IMG/VR virus record: IMGVR_UViG_3300031519_000069
Span: 1-39,226 of that record
Strand: one strand, 5' to 3'
DNA length: 39,226 nt
Origin: a virus
Taxonomy: Duplodnaviria; Caudoviricetes
Under the pieces are notes generated by a model. It was not told the origin of the DNA and made no database searches. It worked only from the letters and a program-made list of their open reading frames with translations. The position numbers and the translations under genes are program-made. Of the stretch, positions 1 through 9,566 are shown piece after piece; the stretch's first letter is position 1; every line of letters begins with the position of its first letter.

Positions 1-2
1 TT

Positions 3-179
3 GGCTCAAACACGTTTCGCACAAAGATCATACAGACAGTACAGAGCAACTTGCTTGTGCTACCTTTCAATTACCCGTTCGGCATTACTGAAAAGTCAGA
101 TATAGAATGCCGAGCCAGCTCCGATACCACTAACGTAGTCGTCGGCGCTTCATTTGAGGGGGTGCTAATAGCAAACTGA
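3..179 (+). CDS. 3' end of a phage protein, probably structural (truncated at window start)
   Basis: Open frame from base 3 to TGA at 177-179 (GSNTFRTKIIQ...PFGITEKSDIECRASSDTTNVVVGASFEGVLIAN*). It ends 1 nt before the next ATG at 181. Confidence 0.6.
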   Translation, partial: GSNTFRTKIIQTVQSNLLVLPFNYPFGITEKSDIECRASSDTTNVVVGASFEGVLIAN

Positions 180-180
180 T

Positions 181-3100
181 ATGGCAGCTCCAAACTGGAA
201 AACTTACGATACAAATGGTGACGGCAAGCTAACCGACACTGAACTTACTACGTGGAATAATGTGGTAAGAGCCTATAAAAACTACGTAGATTCTAACTTT
301 GAAAACACCTACGAAGCAGATATTGCAGCTAGTGAAAGCGGGTCTAGCTCTACCCCTGCGGCTACAAACTGGTGGGCCGACGATTCAACTGCTTGGTGGG
401 ACGTAAAAGATCCTGCAGCTTTCTTTGGTGTTAAAGGGAATCGTACCGAAGAGCAGGTTGCTCGGGTACAACAATTTAGAGACGAATTTAAATACGATTT
501 AGATGGGGCTAAACCTACTTTACAGCTACTAAATAGTTGGATTGACGGTGGTATCCCTACATCTGAATTTAAAAATTACGTAGGGACAGGAACTACTCCC
601 CCCTCAACTGACCCCGCGCTTGTTGGTATTGTTGGATACGATGGTACAGCTCCTGCTCAAGGTAATAATTGGTACGAGGATTTTTTAAGCAGTGTTGATG
701 CCGGAACAAATGCACAGCTTGCAAAAGATATAGGCGCTCTTATAGGTGCCGCGACAGGGACTGCTAAAGACTACGAAGGTAATATTAATCCTGATGCCTA
801 CGATGAGGATGGGGATGGGGTATTAACAGGAGAAGAACGTAGAGCCTATGACTTTGCCGTAGCGGTAGACGAAGGCACTATTATGACCCTCAGTGGAGAG
901 GGCGCACCTAGCTCTACCGGCGAGTTCAGCGGTAGCGATGCTAGTGTAAACGCGTGGAGCAACGACGCATGGACAAATTTTTGGGAGGGGTTAAGCAGCG
1001 GTTCGCAATTAACACTTAAAAACGATCTTGCAGCATCAGGGTTAATTGAAACAACAAACGCTAATGGTATGCCCATACCATTTTCACGCGCCTTTCAAAT
1101 GCTACAAGGCTTAATGAACATGTTCATAACAGTGAGTGGGTTTGAGATAACCCCTACTGCAATGGAACAAGCGCGGAGCATGAACGCGGGAGCCAGAGGA
1201 GAGCTACAAGAAAAGACTCGGTGGATAGCACAACGCGTTCGTGAAGGTTGGACTCAAGAACAAGCTAGGCATTTGTATTATGAATGGGGTGGTGAAGGGC
1301 AAGAAGTAAACCCGAACAAAACTTTGTCAGATACAGAGATTGCAGATATATATCAACTGTACCAAGCGGGGGAAATTCCAGAAGGGCAGTACCCGGCTAC
1401 GTATGCGGGAGATACAAGTACAATAACTAAGACCGAAGTTGATTGGAAAAGAAATAAATTACTTTCTGCGGCACAAAGTCCTATAGCGAAAGCCTCTATA
1501 GAAAAACTTACTGACGATCAGATACGTGACCGTATAGCTACTGAGCAAAAAGAAGTAGCTATCATGGCGGGGGTAAACGAAAACAGTATTTATTCTCCCG
1601 AGTTCCTACAAAAACGTGATGAGCTTGTAGCGGCAGGTATTACTAACGCGGCAGCAATACTTGAAAACGTAGATCCTTTTTCTGAGCTTAGACCCCTACT
1701 GTATGAATCAGCGATAAATAAAATAGGTGACGCTGCAGACGCACTAGTAGCAAGGCGGGACGCTGCTGGCGGGTACTCAGACTTAGATCCTAAAACTAAA
1801 AACATGTTAAACCTTGCGTCTTTTGGTATACGTGCTGTAGGTAGCATGTCCCAGACTTTTGCAGGAGCATTGGCCCTTGTTGGAGAAACGTCTAGCGATA
1901 GTATATTAGGACGTTTTGGAGAGTCACTTGTCAACTTAGCTTCAAGTATAGAAACTCAAGATTTTAAAGACGCTGCAGATGAAGTAGAAGCTAGACTAGG
2001 AAGAACCACAGGGTTTTGGGGTACTGCCAAAGCTTTATTTGGTTCTGGTGATATACCATTAGAATTCCTACTACGTCAGGTTTTACCTGAAGTTGGAGAA
2101 GAAATATTACTTAGTAAAATTACTGGTGGCACAACTAAAGGTGTCAAATTTGACGGGGCAAATTCAGAGTTTAAAGAGTTCCTTACCAACCCTGCTAATA
2201 GACCTGATGGTGCTCCTACATGGCTTAAAGACAAACTTGCAATCTTAGTTGGTAAAGATGAATTAGGAGACATGGCGGAGCTTATAGCAGGCACCGCTGG
2301 GGAGGCTTATGATCGTGCTTACTTCCTAGCAATAGACAGTACAAACCCTGCTACTGATAAGCCATACACTGAAGAAGAAGCAAGAGATTTTGCCTATGGG
2401 GTAATGGGTAGAGCTACGACGGGCGCTTTTATAGTGAACCGGTTTGCTGCTGGTGTATCTATAGACGACATGGTAGAGAACTTTTTCCCCGGTGCTGATA
2501 ACAAGGCCATTAGGGAAGTATTAACTGCAATCCAAAACAACCCTACAGTAAAAACTTTCCTTTCTTTGACAGGAGAAGGGGCGAGTGAAGGTGGCGAAGG
2601 GGCTATTGCTGCATATTCTGTAGCGAGTGATTTGGTGGTGTTAGACTCCACTATTAATGTTTTAGGTGAAACTGGAGCCGCTGGCGCACTGGGCACTGCG
2701 CTAGGTAGTTTAGTAGATATCTCCATGACTGGGGGTTTCGCTATAGATAACGCTGCTTCCAGTGTTGCCGCAGCTTTTAACACTGATATAAACGACGTTT
2801 TAACCACTGCGCGAACAGAGCTAGATGCGGGTGCCAATCTTGCAGATGTAACCGCAAAGATGGAAGAAAGTTTCAATGGTATGGGGTTAGCAGACGTACC
2901 CCTCCAGACAGACATATTAAACGGTGTTGATGATTCGTCGTACACCACAGGATTGGAAACTGCAGGAAAGTTTGAGGAATTAGGTTATACGCCTACAGAA
3001 GAAGAGATAAACGAGTACATCGGTAAATCAAACGAAGCTGATACTCTCAACAGTGTAGGCACCTATGTAGATCCTAGGCAAGTTACTATAGATGAAGCCA

Positions 3101-5928
3101 AAGCCGAGTTAGTAGCTCAAGGTATAACCGATCCCAGTGATGCAGAAATTGCTGCATACGTCGGTCAAGGCGACGAGACTTTTCAGAGTACTAAGAATAC
3201 AGAAATACAAACTTACGCTGACCCAAGAGTTATAGACGATGCGGAAGCTAGGGCCGCACTACAAGCGCAAGGTATAGCTAATCCAAAACAAGAAGAAATT
3301 GACCAATTTACAGGTCAAGGCGATGAGAATTTTGAAACTAACAACATAGGCAAGGCTACTGATTACGCTAACCCATTAGCCCTATCCGCTGCAGAAATAG
3401 AAGACATCGCTGCAAAACAAGGGTACACCCTAGCAGCAGGTGAGGCAGAAGCTCTTTCAGGGCGGGTAATACCGGGACAAACAGAAGCTGAAGCTTTAGC
3501 AAGCCAAGAAAATACGTTTAACAACGCAGCTATTACAGCCGCGGAATTAGAAGCTATAGCTACCGCTCAAGGGTATACCTTAACTCCTGAAGATCGCGCT
3601 CTAATAGGAAACAACCCTAACGCTGCCCAAGAATTACTTAACGCAGGTAACCGGTTTGATGCAAGTGCGATAACAAGGGAAGAAATAGAAACCGCTGCAC
3701 GTAATGCGGGTATCGACCCTAAAGACCTTACACCCAGTGATTACGCGCTGGTTGGCACTATCACGTCAGCCGTAGATGCTGACGGTAACCCTGTAACTGC
3801 TGCGGATCTTTTAGACTACCAAGAAGGTGTTTTTGAAGGCACGGTAGCAGATGCAACTGCAGCAGAACGAAAAGCCGCAGCAGAAGCCGCTATTACTGCA
3901 GCCGTTACAGCCGCTGGCGCTCCTGCCCTATCTCCTACTGATCTTGAGCGTTATGTCGCAATGGCTATCGGTGGCGGGCTTACTATCGCTGAAGCAGTAC
4001 AAGCAGCAGAAGCTGATATTGCCGCCGCTGCTGTTACTGATGATGGCGCTGGTACTGACTCTGGTGGTGCTGTTACTGACGATGGTGGCGCTGCTACTGA
4101 CGATGGCGCTGTTACTGATGATGGCGCTGCTACTACTGGTGGTGTACTTCCTGATGATGATGTCGTTGTTACTACTGGTGGTGCTGCTGCTGGTACCGAT
4201 ACTAGTACTGACTCTGGTACCGATACTAGTACTGACTCTGGTACTGACTCTGGTACTGACTCTGGTACTGACTCTGGTACTGACTCTGGTACTGACTCTG
4301 GTACTGACTCTGGTACTGACTCTGGTGGTAATCAGAGCATTATGGATCAAGTAGTAGCTGCCATCACTGCAGCAGGTGTGACGTTAGCGCAAGGTAAAAT
4401 TGACGAGATTGTTGCTGATATTGTTTCTGGTGCCGCTACTAATATAGACGAAGCAGTCGCAGATAAAGTTACAGAGTACCAGCTTGGTAATGACACTGAC
4501 TCTGGTACTGATGACGGACTAGAAGAATCAACCATCGAGGGCGACCCAGATGATTACGTAAAAGTAAAAGATTTCAACCGTGAAGTAGGTACCTTACAGG
4601 ACAATATTGTAAAGTTAATTAATAAATTAGAATCAGAAGGGGCAACTCGTGATGAGGCTCTTGCTGCGGCTATTGGCGTACCTGCAGGGCAAACCGGAGG
4701 CCCATCGGGGTTATATGCCGAACTTGGCAAGTTTGCTACTTCAGATCAAGCCGAGGCAATCAAAAAAGTAGTTGATGGTATTGCTACAGAACTTGGTACG
4801 ACTGCTGATGATGTTGCGGCAATAAAAATTAAACTGGATACTCTTGTAACCAAAGACGATATATCAGGTCTTGCCACTAAGAAAGACGTAACAGATGCAG
4901 AGGGGCGTTTAGAGGCTCGCATAAACGAACTTATGACAAAAGACGGGAAAAACCGTCTTGATGCTGTAGACATCGCCTTAGAAGAACTGGCTACCGATCT
5001 AGGTACAACTAAAGAAGAAATAACTAAACAGCTAACAAAATTTGAATCTGATCTAGCTTTAGATATAGCGGAACTTGCAACCAAGCAAGACGTTTTAGAT
5101 TCCGAAAAGCGTATCCGCGATAAGCAAGACGAGTACGTACGGCAAGGTATGAAGGCAGATGAAGCCTTACAAGTCGCAATAAACGATGTTGCTAAAGAGT
5201 TAGGTGTAACTAAGGACGTTCTAACCGACCAACTTGCGGCTTTCCAAACAAAACTAGATGCAGATTTATCTCTACTTGCTACTAAACAGCAAGTTAACAC
5301 GCTTGAAACAGAGCTGTATTTAAAGTTAGCGGAGTACGAAGCACAAGGTAAAACTCGTGACGAAGCAACCCAATTAGCTATTAAGGATCTGGCTACTGAT
5401 TTAGAGACTACCGAAGATAATTTGATGACTCAGTTGGGGGTAACTCAAGACACCCTAACCAACAGAATTAATGAAGTTGAGACTAACCTTACTAACCAGT
5501 TCAATAGTCAGATCGAGTCTACCAAAGAACTTATAACCGAAACTGCGACAGAGACTCAAAAACAAATACAAACTACGGCAAACCAGAGCGCGGCTAGAGA
5601 CTTCTTTGATATGGTCTTGGGTTCTGAAGATCTTGAAGGGCAGCAAGTTACGGTAAGTCAGTCTCCTTTGGCGCAGATCAACTACATATATGACTTCCAA
5701 GACCCCTTAGCCAACCAACAACAGCGCGGGTTCTTTGGTGCAGCAAGTCCTTACGGAGAGTCGTTAGCTGCAGGGAAAAGCAGACGGCCCCAGACAATCG
5801 CTAATGTTATGCAGGGGCCACTGAACCTGCAAGGCGCACCAGTAGGCCCGATGGGTATGGCCGCAGGCGGTAAAGTAGATTATGATTTCCTAAACGAAAT
5901 CTCACAAATAATGAGTTTTGGAGAATAA
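181..5928 (+). CDS. Giant acidic virion-associated / putative ejection protein (1915 aa) with internal repeats
   Basis: Long ORF in the structural arm. It has two EF-hand-like 12-mers, ~50-aa repeats (DPRQVTIDEAKAEL..QG..DP...EI), a TDSG low-complexity linker, helical ATK[KQ]xV repeats and a C-terminal MAAGG motif. Function is inferred from position. Confidence 0.6.
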   Translation: MAAPNWKTYDTNGDGKLTDTELTTWNNVVRAYKNYVDSNFENTYEADIAASESGSSSTPAATNWWADDSTAWWDVKDPAAFFGVKGNRTEEQVARVQQFRDEFKYDLDGAKPTLQLLNSWIDGGIPTSEFKNYVGTGTTPPSTDPALVGIVGYDGTAPAQGNNWYEDFLSSVDAGTNAQLAKDIGALIGAATGTAKDYEGNINPDAYDEDGDGVLTGEERRAYDFAVAVDEGTIMTLSGEGAPSSTGEFSGSDASVNAWSNDAWTNFWEGLSSGSQLTLKNDLAASGLIETTNANGMPIPFSRAFQMLQGLMNMFITVSGFEITPTAMEQARSMNAGARGELQEKTRWIAQRVREGWTQEQARHLYYEWGGEGQEVNPNKTLSDTEIADIYQLYQAGEIPEGQYPATYAGDTSTITKTEVDWKRNKLLSAAQSPIAKASIEKLTDDQIRDRIATEQKEVAIMAGVNENSIYSPEFLQKRDELVAAGITNAAAILENVDPFSELRPLLYESAINKIGDAADALVARRDAAGGYSDLDPKTKNMLNLASFGIRAVGSMSQTFAGALALVGETSSDSILGRFGESLVNLASSIETQDFKDAADEVEARLGRTTGFWGTAKALFGSGDIPLEFLLRQVLPEVGEEILLSKITGGTTKGVKFDGANSEFKEFLTNPANRPDGAPTWLKDKLAILVGKDELGDMAELIAGTAGEAYDRAYFLAIDSTNPATDKPYTEEEARDFAYGVMGRATTGAFIVNRFAAGVSIDDMVENFFPGADNKAIREVLTAIQNNPTVKTFLSLTGEGASEGGEGAIAAYSVASDLVVLDSTINVLGETGAAGALGTALGSLVDISMTGGFAIDNAASSVAAAFNTDINDVLTTARTELDAGANLADVTAKMEESFNGMGLADVPLQTDILNGVDDSSYTTGLETAGKFEELGYTPTEEEINEYIGKSNEADTLNSVGTYVDPRQVTIDEAKAELVAQGITDPSDAEIAAYVGQGDETFQSTKNTEIQTYADPRVIDDAEARAALQAQGIANPKQEEIDQFTGQGDENFETNNIGKATDYANPLALSAAEIEDIAAKQGYTLAAGEAEALSGRVIPGQTEAEALASQENTFNNAAITAAELEAIATAQGYTLTPEDRALIGNNPNAAQELLNAGNRFDASAITREEIETAARNAGIDPKDLTPSDYALVGTITSAVDADGNPVTAADLLDYQEGVFEGTVADATAAERKAAAEAAITAAVTAAGAPALSPTDLERYVAMAIGGGLTIAEAVQAAEADIAAAAVTDDGAGTDSGGAVTDDGGAATDDGAVTDDGAATTGGVLPDDDVVVTTGGAAAGTDTSTDSGTDTSTDSGTDSGTDSGTDSGTDSGTDSGTDSGTDSGGNQSIMDQVVAAITAAGVTLAQGKIDEIVADIVSGAATNIDEAVADKVTEYQLGNDTDSGTDDGLEESTIEGDPDDYVKVKDFNREVGTLQDNIVKLINKLESEGATRDEALAAAIGVPAGQTGGPSGLYAELGKFATSDQAEAIKKVVDGIATELGTTADDVAAIKIKLDTLVTKDDISGLATKKDVTDAEGRLEARINELMTKDGKNRLDAVDIALEELATDLGTTKEEITKQLTKFESDLALDIAELATKQDVLDSEKRIRDKQDEYVRQGMKADEALQVAINDVAKELGVTKDVLTDQLAAFQTKLDADLSLLATKQQVNTLETELYLKLAEYEAQGKTRDEATQLAIKDLATDLETTEDNLMTQLGVTQDTLTNRINEVETNLTNQFNSQIESTKELITETATETQKQIQTTANQSAARDFFDMVLGSEDLEGQQVTVSQSPLAQINYIYDFQDPLANQQQRGFFGAASPYGESLAAGKSRRPQTIANVMQGPLNLQGAPVGPMGMAAGGKVDYDFLNEISQIMSFGE
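4192..4326 (+). repeat. Intragenic tandem repeat: 2 x 24 bp (GGTACCGATACTAGTACTGACTCT) running into 8 x 12 bp (ACTGACTCTGGT), encoding (TDSG)n
   Basis: Read directly; perfect 12-bp units span 4231-4326. Confidence 0.95.
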
Positions 5929-5929
5929 A

Positions 5930-6775
5930 ATGGCAGGCTTTCTAGACTACCTTAAAGATGCTTCTAGTTGGTTAAAGAGTGAAGAGAACCAAGGCACTGT
6001 TGGGCTACTCAGTATGCTCGGTACAGCAGCGTTTTCGGGTAGTGACTTCTTTGACACAGAAATAGAGAAAACAGGATACCAAGGGAAAATCCCAGACTAT
6101 ACAGCCGTTAGAGAGCGTGTACAGGATACCTACGACCCCAATAGACGACCCGGAAGTGGTGGGCAGCGGTTCTTTTCAGAGACAGAATTTGCAGAGCAAG
6201 GCCAAGAAGCTTCGGCTAAACAACGTGCAGTCCAACAAGCACTGAATCTAAAGGCGCAAAACGCAGCTAATATGGCTAGACAGTCTAGTCAGTATGGTGC
6301 GCCGCCCCAGCCTCAACCACAAATGCCAATGCCCGTTATGGGTGCTGCCCCTTCGCAGGTAGGCACTATGATGCCACCTCCTCAACAAGGGGGTCTAGCC
6401 AGCTTCTCTCCCCAGTACAAATATGGTGGCGGTATTGCCGCACTTGCTGGTGGTGGCGCTGCTTCTCCGTACAACCGAAGATATAACGGGTATGCGGCTG
6501 GTGGACAACCAAGTGGACAAGGCTACTATTTAGGTGGTGCAACAGATGGAATGGCAGACAAAGTACCTGCTACAATTGACGGTATGCAAGAAGCCAGATT
6601 AAGCGATGGGGAGTTTGTTATTCCTGCAGATGTCGTTAGTCACCTCGGTAATGGCAATTCTAACGCTGGTGCTAACACGTTATACGGTATGATGGATAAA
6701 GTTCGACAAGCTCGTACCGGCAATAAAGAACAGGGTAAAGAGATAAACCCTAACAAATTCATGCCGAACAGGTAG
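5930..6775 (+). CDS. Putative internal virion protein with a C-terminal DGMADKVPA..ARLSDGEFVIPADVV motif
   Basis: ATG at 5930 follows a GGAG SD (track start 5918). The motif resembles the G.GDG.SD.IPA.LSDGEFV segment of phage virion/tape-measure proteins. Confidence 0.6.
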   Translation: MAGFLDYLKDASSWLKSEENQGTVGLLSMLGTAAFSGSDFFDTEIEKTGYQGKIPDYTAVRERVQDTYDPNRRPGSGGQRFFSETEFAEQGQEASAKQRAVQQALNLKAQNAANMARQSSQYGAPPQPQPQMPMPVMGAAPSQVGTMMPPPQQGGLASFSPQYKYGGGIAALAGGGAASPYNRRYNGYAAGGQPSGQGYYLGGATDGMADKVPATIDGMQEARLSDGEFVIPADVVSHLGNGNSNAGANTLYGMMDKVRQARTGNKEQGKEINPNKFMPNR

Positions 6776-6781
6776 AAGATT

Positions 6782-7615
6782 ATGGCAACAGCAGCAGACG
6801 ATCCTATTGTAGGTAAACAAACAGGTAGTGAATCCTCCCTATCTAACTGGGCGGGTGATTACGTTACTGATATGTTGGGTAAGGGTCAAGCTCTTGCAAA
6901 CCAACCATACCAAGCTTATACCGGCCCACTTTCGGCTGGGCAATCTACAGCCCAACAAGCAGCGTTTCAAGGGATAGGTAATCTATCTGTTCCTACTGGG
7001 CAGATGGGTGCGGCAGGGTTCCAACCACAGAAGTTTACGGCGCAAGCTGCACAAGACTACATGAACCCATACCTGCAATCGGCGTTAAATCCTCAGATTG
7101 AAGAGGCGCGACGACAAGCTCAGATCACCCGTCTTGGAGATGCTAACAGGTTAACGCAAGCTGGTGCTTATGGTGGCTCTCGGCAAGCTATTATGGAGTC
7201 TGAGTTAAACCGTAGTTTAGGGCAGAACCTTGCCAATATTACGGGGCAAGGCTACCAAACTGCGTACGATAAGGCCATGCAACAGTTTAATACCGAGCAA
7301 GGTGCGGCACAGCAAGCACAAAACCTTACGAACCAGTACGGGCTACAAGCCCTGCAGAACCAAGCCAGTCTGGGTGCACAAGAACGCGCTATTCAAGCCG
7401 AAGGCATCGCTGCCGATATTGCTCAGTTTGAAGAAGAGCGAGACTTTCCCTATAAGCAGACGCAGTATCAACAGTCGTTGTTGCAAGGGTTACCACTGGC
7501 AGCGCAATCGTATTCTTACGCAAAACCTAGCCAACTATCTGAACTACTTGGGGGATCTGGCGGTCTCATGGGTCTACTCCAAAGCTTCGGCATAATTCCG
7601 TCAGACGCAGAATAA
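6782..7615 (+). CDS. Putative internal virion / DNA-injection (pilot-like) protein, Q/A/G-rich
   Basis: 277 aa with YMNPY and AGAYGGSRQAI motifs, typical of podovirus ejection proteins; lies in the structural operon. Confidence 0.6.
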   Translation: MATAADDPIVGKQTGSESSLSNWAGDYVTDMLGKGQALANQPYQAYTGPLSAGQSTAQQAAFQGIGNLSVPTGQMGAAGFQPQKFTAQAAQDYMNPYLQSALNPQIEEARRQAQITRLGDANRLTQAGAYGGSRQAIMESELNRSLGQNLANITGQGYQTAYDKAMQQFNTEQGAAQQAQNLTNQYGLQALQNQASLGAQERAIQAEGIAADIAQFEEERDFPYKQTQYQQSLLQGLPLAAQSYSYAKPSQLSELLGGSGGLMGLLQSFGIIPSDAE

Positions 7616-7628
7616 AGGGTAATTAATA

Positions 7629-9554
7629 ATGGCATATCAACCAATTGAACCTGTAGGTTTGGGTAGAAACGTTTCTGCTGAGATGATGAAAGGTGGCCCT
7701 AGACTACAACAAGAAATTAAGCAGATGGGGCCAAACACGATCAAGATGATTGCGTTGCAGCAGATTGCCGACCAGCAAAAACAAAAAGCTTCACAGGCAA
7801 ATCTTCAGGCACAAACCAATCCTGCTACTGTAGTACAGCAATTGGAACAGCAGCTTGGTGGTATGGGTCAACCCCAACAAAGTATGGGGCTTCCTCCTAT
7901 GCGTGATAAAGCGCAACAGGTTGGTGGTGCACTTGCTCAGAAACAACAGCAACAGCAGAAAAATATGCAGCGTGCTGCACAAGGCCAAGGCCGACCCATG
8001 ATGGCTGGCGGCGGGTTGCTATCTAGACCTGCACCGAATATAGATCCACGGTACTTTGAAGGTGGCGGCATCGTTGCTTTTGCACAAGGTAAAGAAGTTA
8101 GAGGGTACTTTGATGGCGGAGCAATAGCTAAAAAACTAGGTATTAGCCTTGAAGAACTAGAGAGGCGAATTGCGGATCAAGAATCTAGGGGTCTTCCTAG
8201 AGAGAAAGCAGAACAAGCTATGGAGCAAGCTGCTGCGGTACCTAGCGCACGCAAAGATTTTTCTATGACTGAAGCCTACCGCCAAAAACTAGGTATGCCA
8301 GAAAAAGAAGAAGTAAAAAAAGAATTTACTGGTACAACAGAATTCCCTGAATCTCCAATGTTGGGTAATGTAGGAGGCGCTCCAAAAGGGTTGGCAGGCT
8401 TAATGCCGGGAGTAAATCTCCCTGAAAAGTTACCCCCTGTCGATGACCGAACAAAAAAAGTATTTGAAGGTTTACCCGAAGAAAAAATAGAAGAAACGGT
8501 AGATGTAAGTGTAGAAGAAGAGGTAGAGGTGCCTAAAGTATCTGCTACGGGTATAGATATCCCTCAAAGTCTAAAAGATGCGGGGCAAAGACCTAGCACT
8601 GACAAGATAACAGAGGGTTTGGGTGCTCTTAAAACAGCGGGTGTAGATGGAGAAGCAGCGGCTAGGACAGACTACAGAAAACAAATGCAGTTAGATCCTG
8701 AGCTTAAAGAAGAAATGAATACGATGGCGCGGCGAACCAAGGAGCGTGAGGAGAACTATAAACCTTCTAGAGCGACAACCATCAGAGAAGCGTTAGCAGG
8801 TGCGGCAAACAGGGGTAGCCTTGGTTCTGTAGGTGCAGGTATTTCAGGTGCAATGTCAGCTAGAGAAGGGGATATCCAAGAACGTAAGGATAGTTTGTTC
8901 AAAGCCCGTCAAGATTCCCTCGACAAGTTAGTGACGCGTTCCGATGATATCGCTAAAGGAGCACTTGCATACGGCGCTGATGCTAGGAAGGGGTTTAAAG
9001 CAGATGCACGGACGTTGGTTGACGCAGAAGTTGCTATGTACAGCACTCAAAGCAACGATGCTAGGCAAGCAAGGCAGCAAGAGGCCGATATCGTTATTGC
9101 AAATGCAGGGCAAAAATTTAAAGCGGAAGTCGAAAACGTAAGAAGTACGTTGAAAGCCCAATCAGATGCAGATCTAGCTAGTTATCGAAAAGAGTCTAAT
9201 GCCATTGCTAGAGAAGGGAATGCAGCAAGCAAAGAGTCAAGCAGGGCCACCCTAATTAATAATATAAATAGGGGTAAAGCTAAAACGCAAACCGATATAG
9301 CCGCAGTAATTGCAGAACGCGCTGCTGCATTAGATTCAATAGAGGCTGAAGCGTCAATACCCGAGGATATACGAGACGATCCGGCAGAAGTTGCAAAGTG
9401 GAAGAAAAAAATCCTAGACGCAATGGCTAAACAATACGCCCCAATGCTAGATGCTTACGATGCACAGCTAAAAGACTTAGGGATAGATGTTCCTGAACCT
9501 GCAGCGGCAGCGAGTACAGACACGAGCGGTTTTAAGCTGAAAGGCGTCAAATAA
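7629..9554 (+). CDS. Putative internal virion protein (641 aa)
   Basis: Q-rich N-terminus, repeated aromatic/Met-x-x-GG motifs, helical C-terminal half; tight operon spacing. Confidence 0.55.
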   Translation: MAYQPIEPVGLGRNVSAEMMKGGPRLQQEIKQMGPNTIKMIALQQIADQQKQKASQANLQAQTNPATVVQQLEQQLGGMGQPQQSMGLPPMRDKAQQVGGALAQKQQQQQKNMQRAAQGQGRPMMAGGGLLSRPAPNIDPRYFEGGGIVAFAQGKEVRGYFDGGAIAKKLGISLEELERRIADQESRGLPREKAEQAMEQAAAVPSARKDFSMTEAYRQKLGMPEKEEVKKEFTGTTEFPESPMLGNVGGAPKGLAGLMPGVNLPEKLPPVDDRTKKVFEGLPEEKIEETVDVSVEEEVEVPKVSATGIDIPQSLKDAGQRPSTDKITEGLGALKTAGVDGEAAARTDYRKQMQLDPELKEEMNTMARRTKEREENYKPSRATTIREALAGAANRGSLGSVGAGISGAMSAREGDIQERKDSLFKARQDSLDKLVTRSDDIAKGALAYGADARKGFKADARTLVDAEVAMYSTQSNDARQARQQEADIVIANAGQKFKAEVENVRSTLKAQSDADLASYRKESNAIAREGNAASKESSRATLINNINRGKAKTQTDIAAVIAERAAALDSIEAEASIPEDIRDDPAEVAKWKKKILDAMAKQYAPMLDAYDAQLKDLGIDVPEPAAAASTDTSGFKLKGVK

Positions 9555-9566
9555 GAGGGGCGCTTC

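Noticed and set aside
3851-4354. Leu/Val-rich 167-aa ORF and the antisense (RVST)n ORF
   Set aside because: These are alternative-frame readings of the TDSG/TDDG repeats inside the 1915-aa gene.
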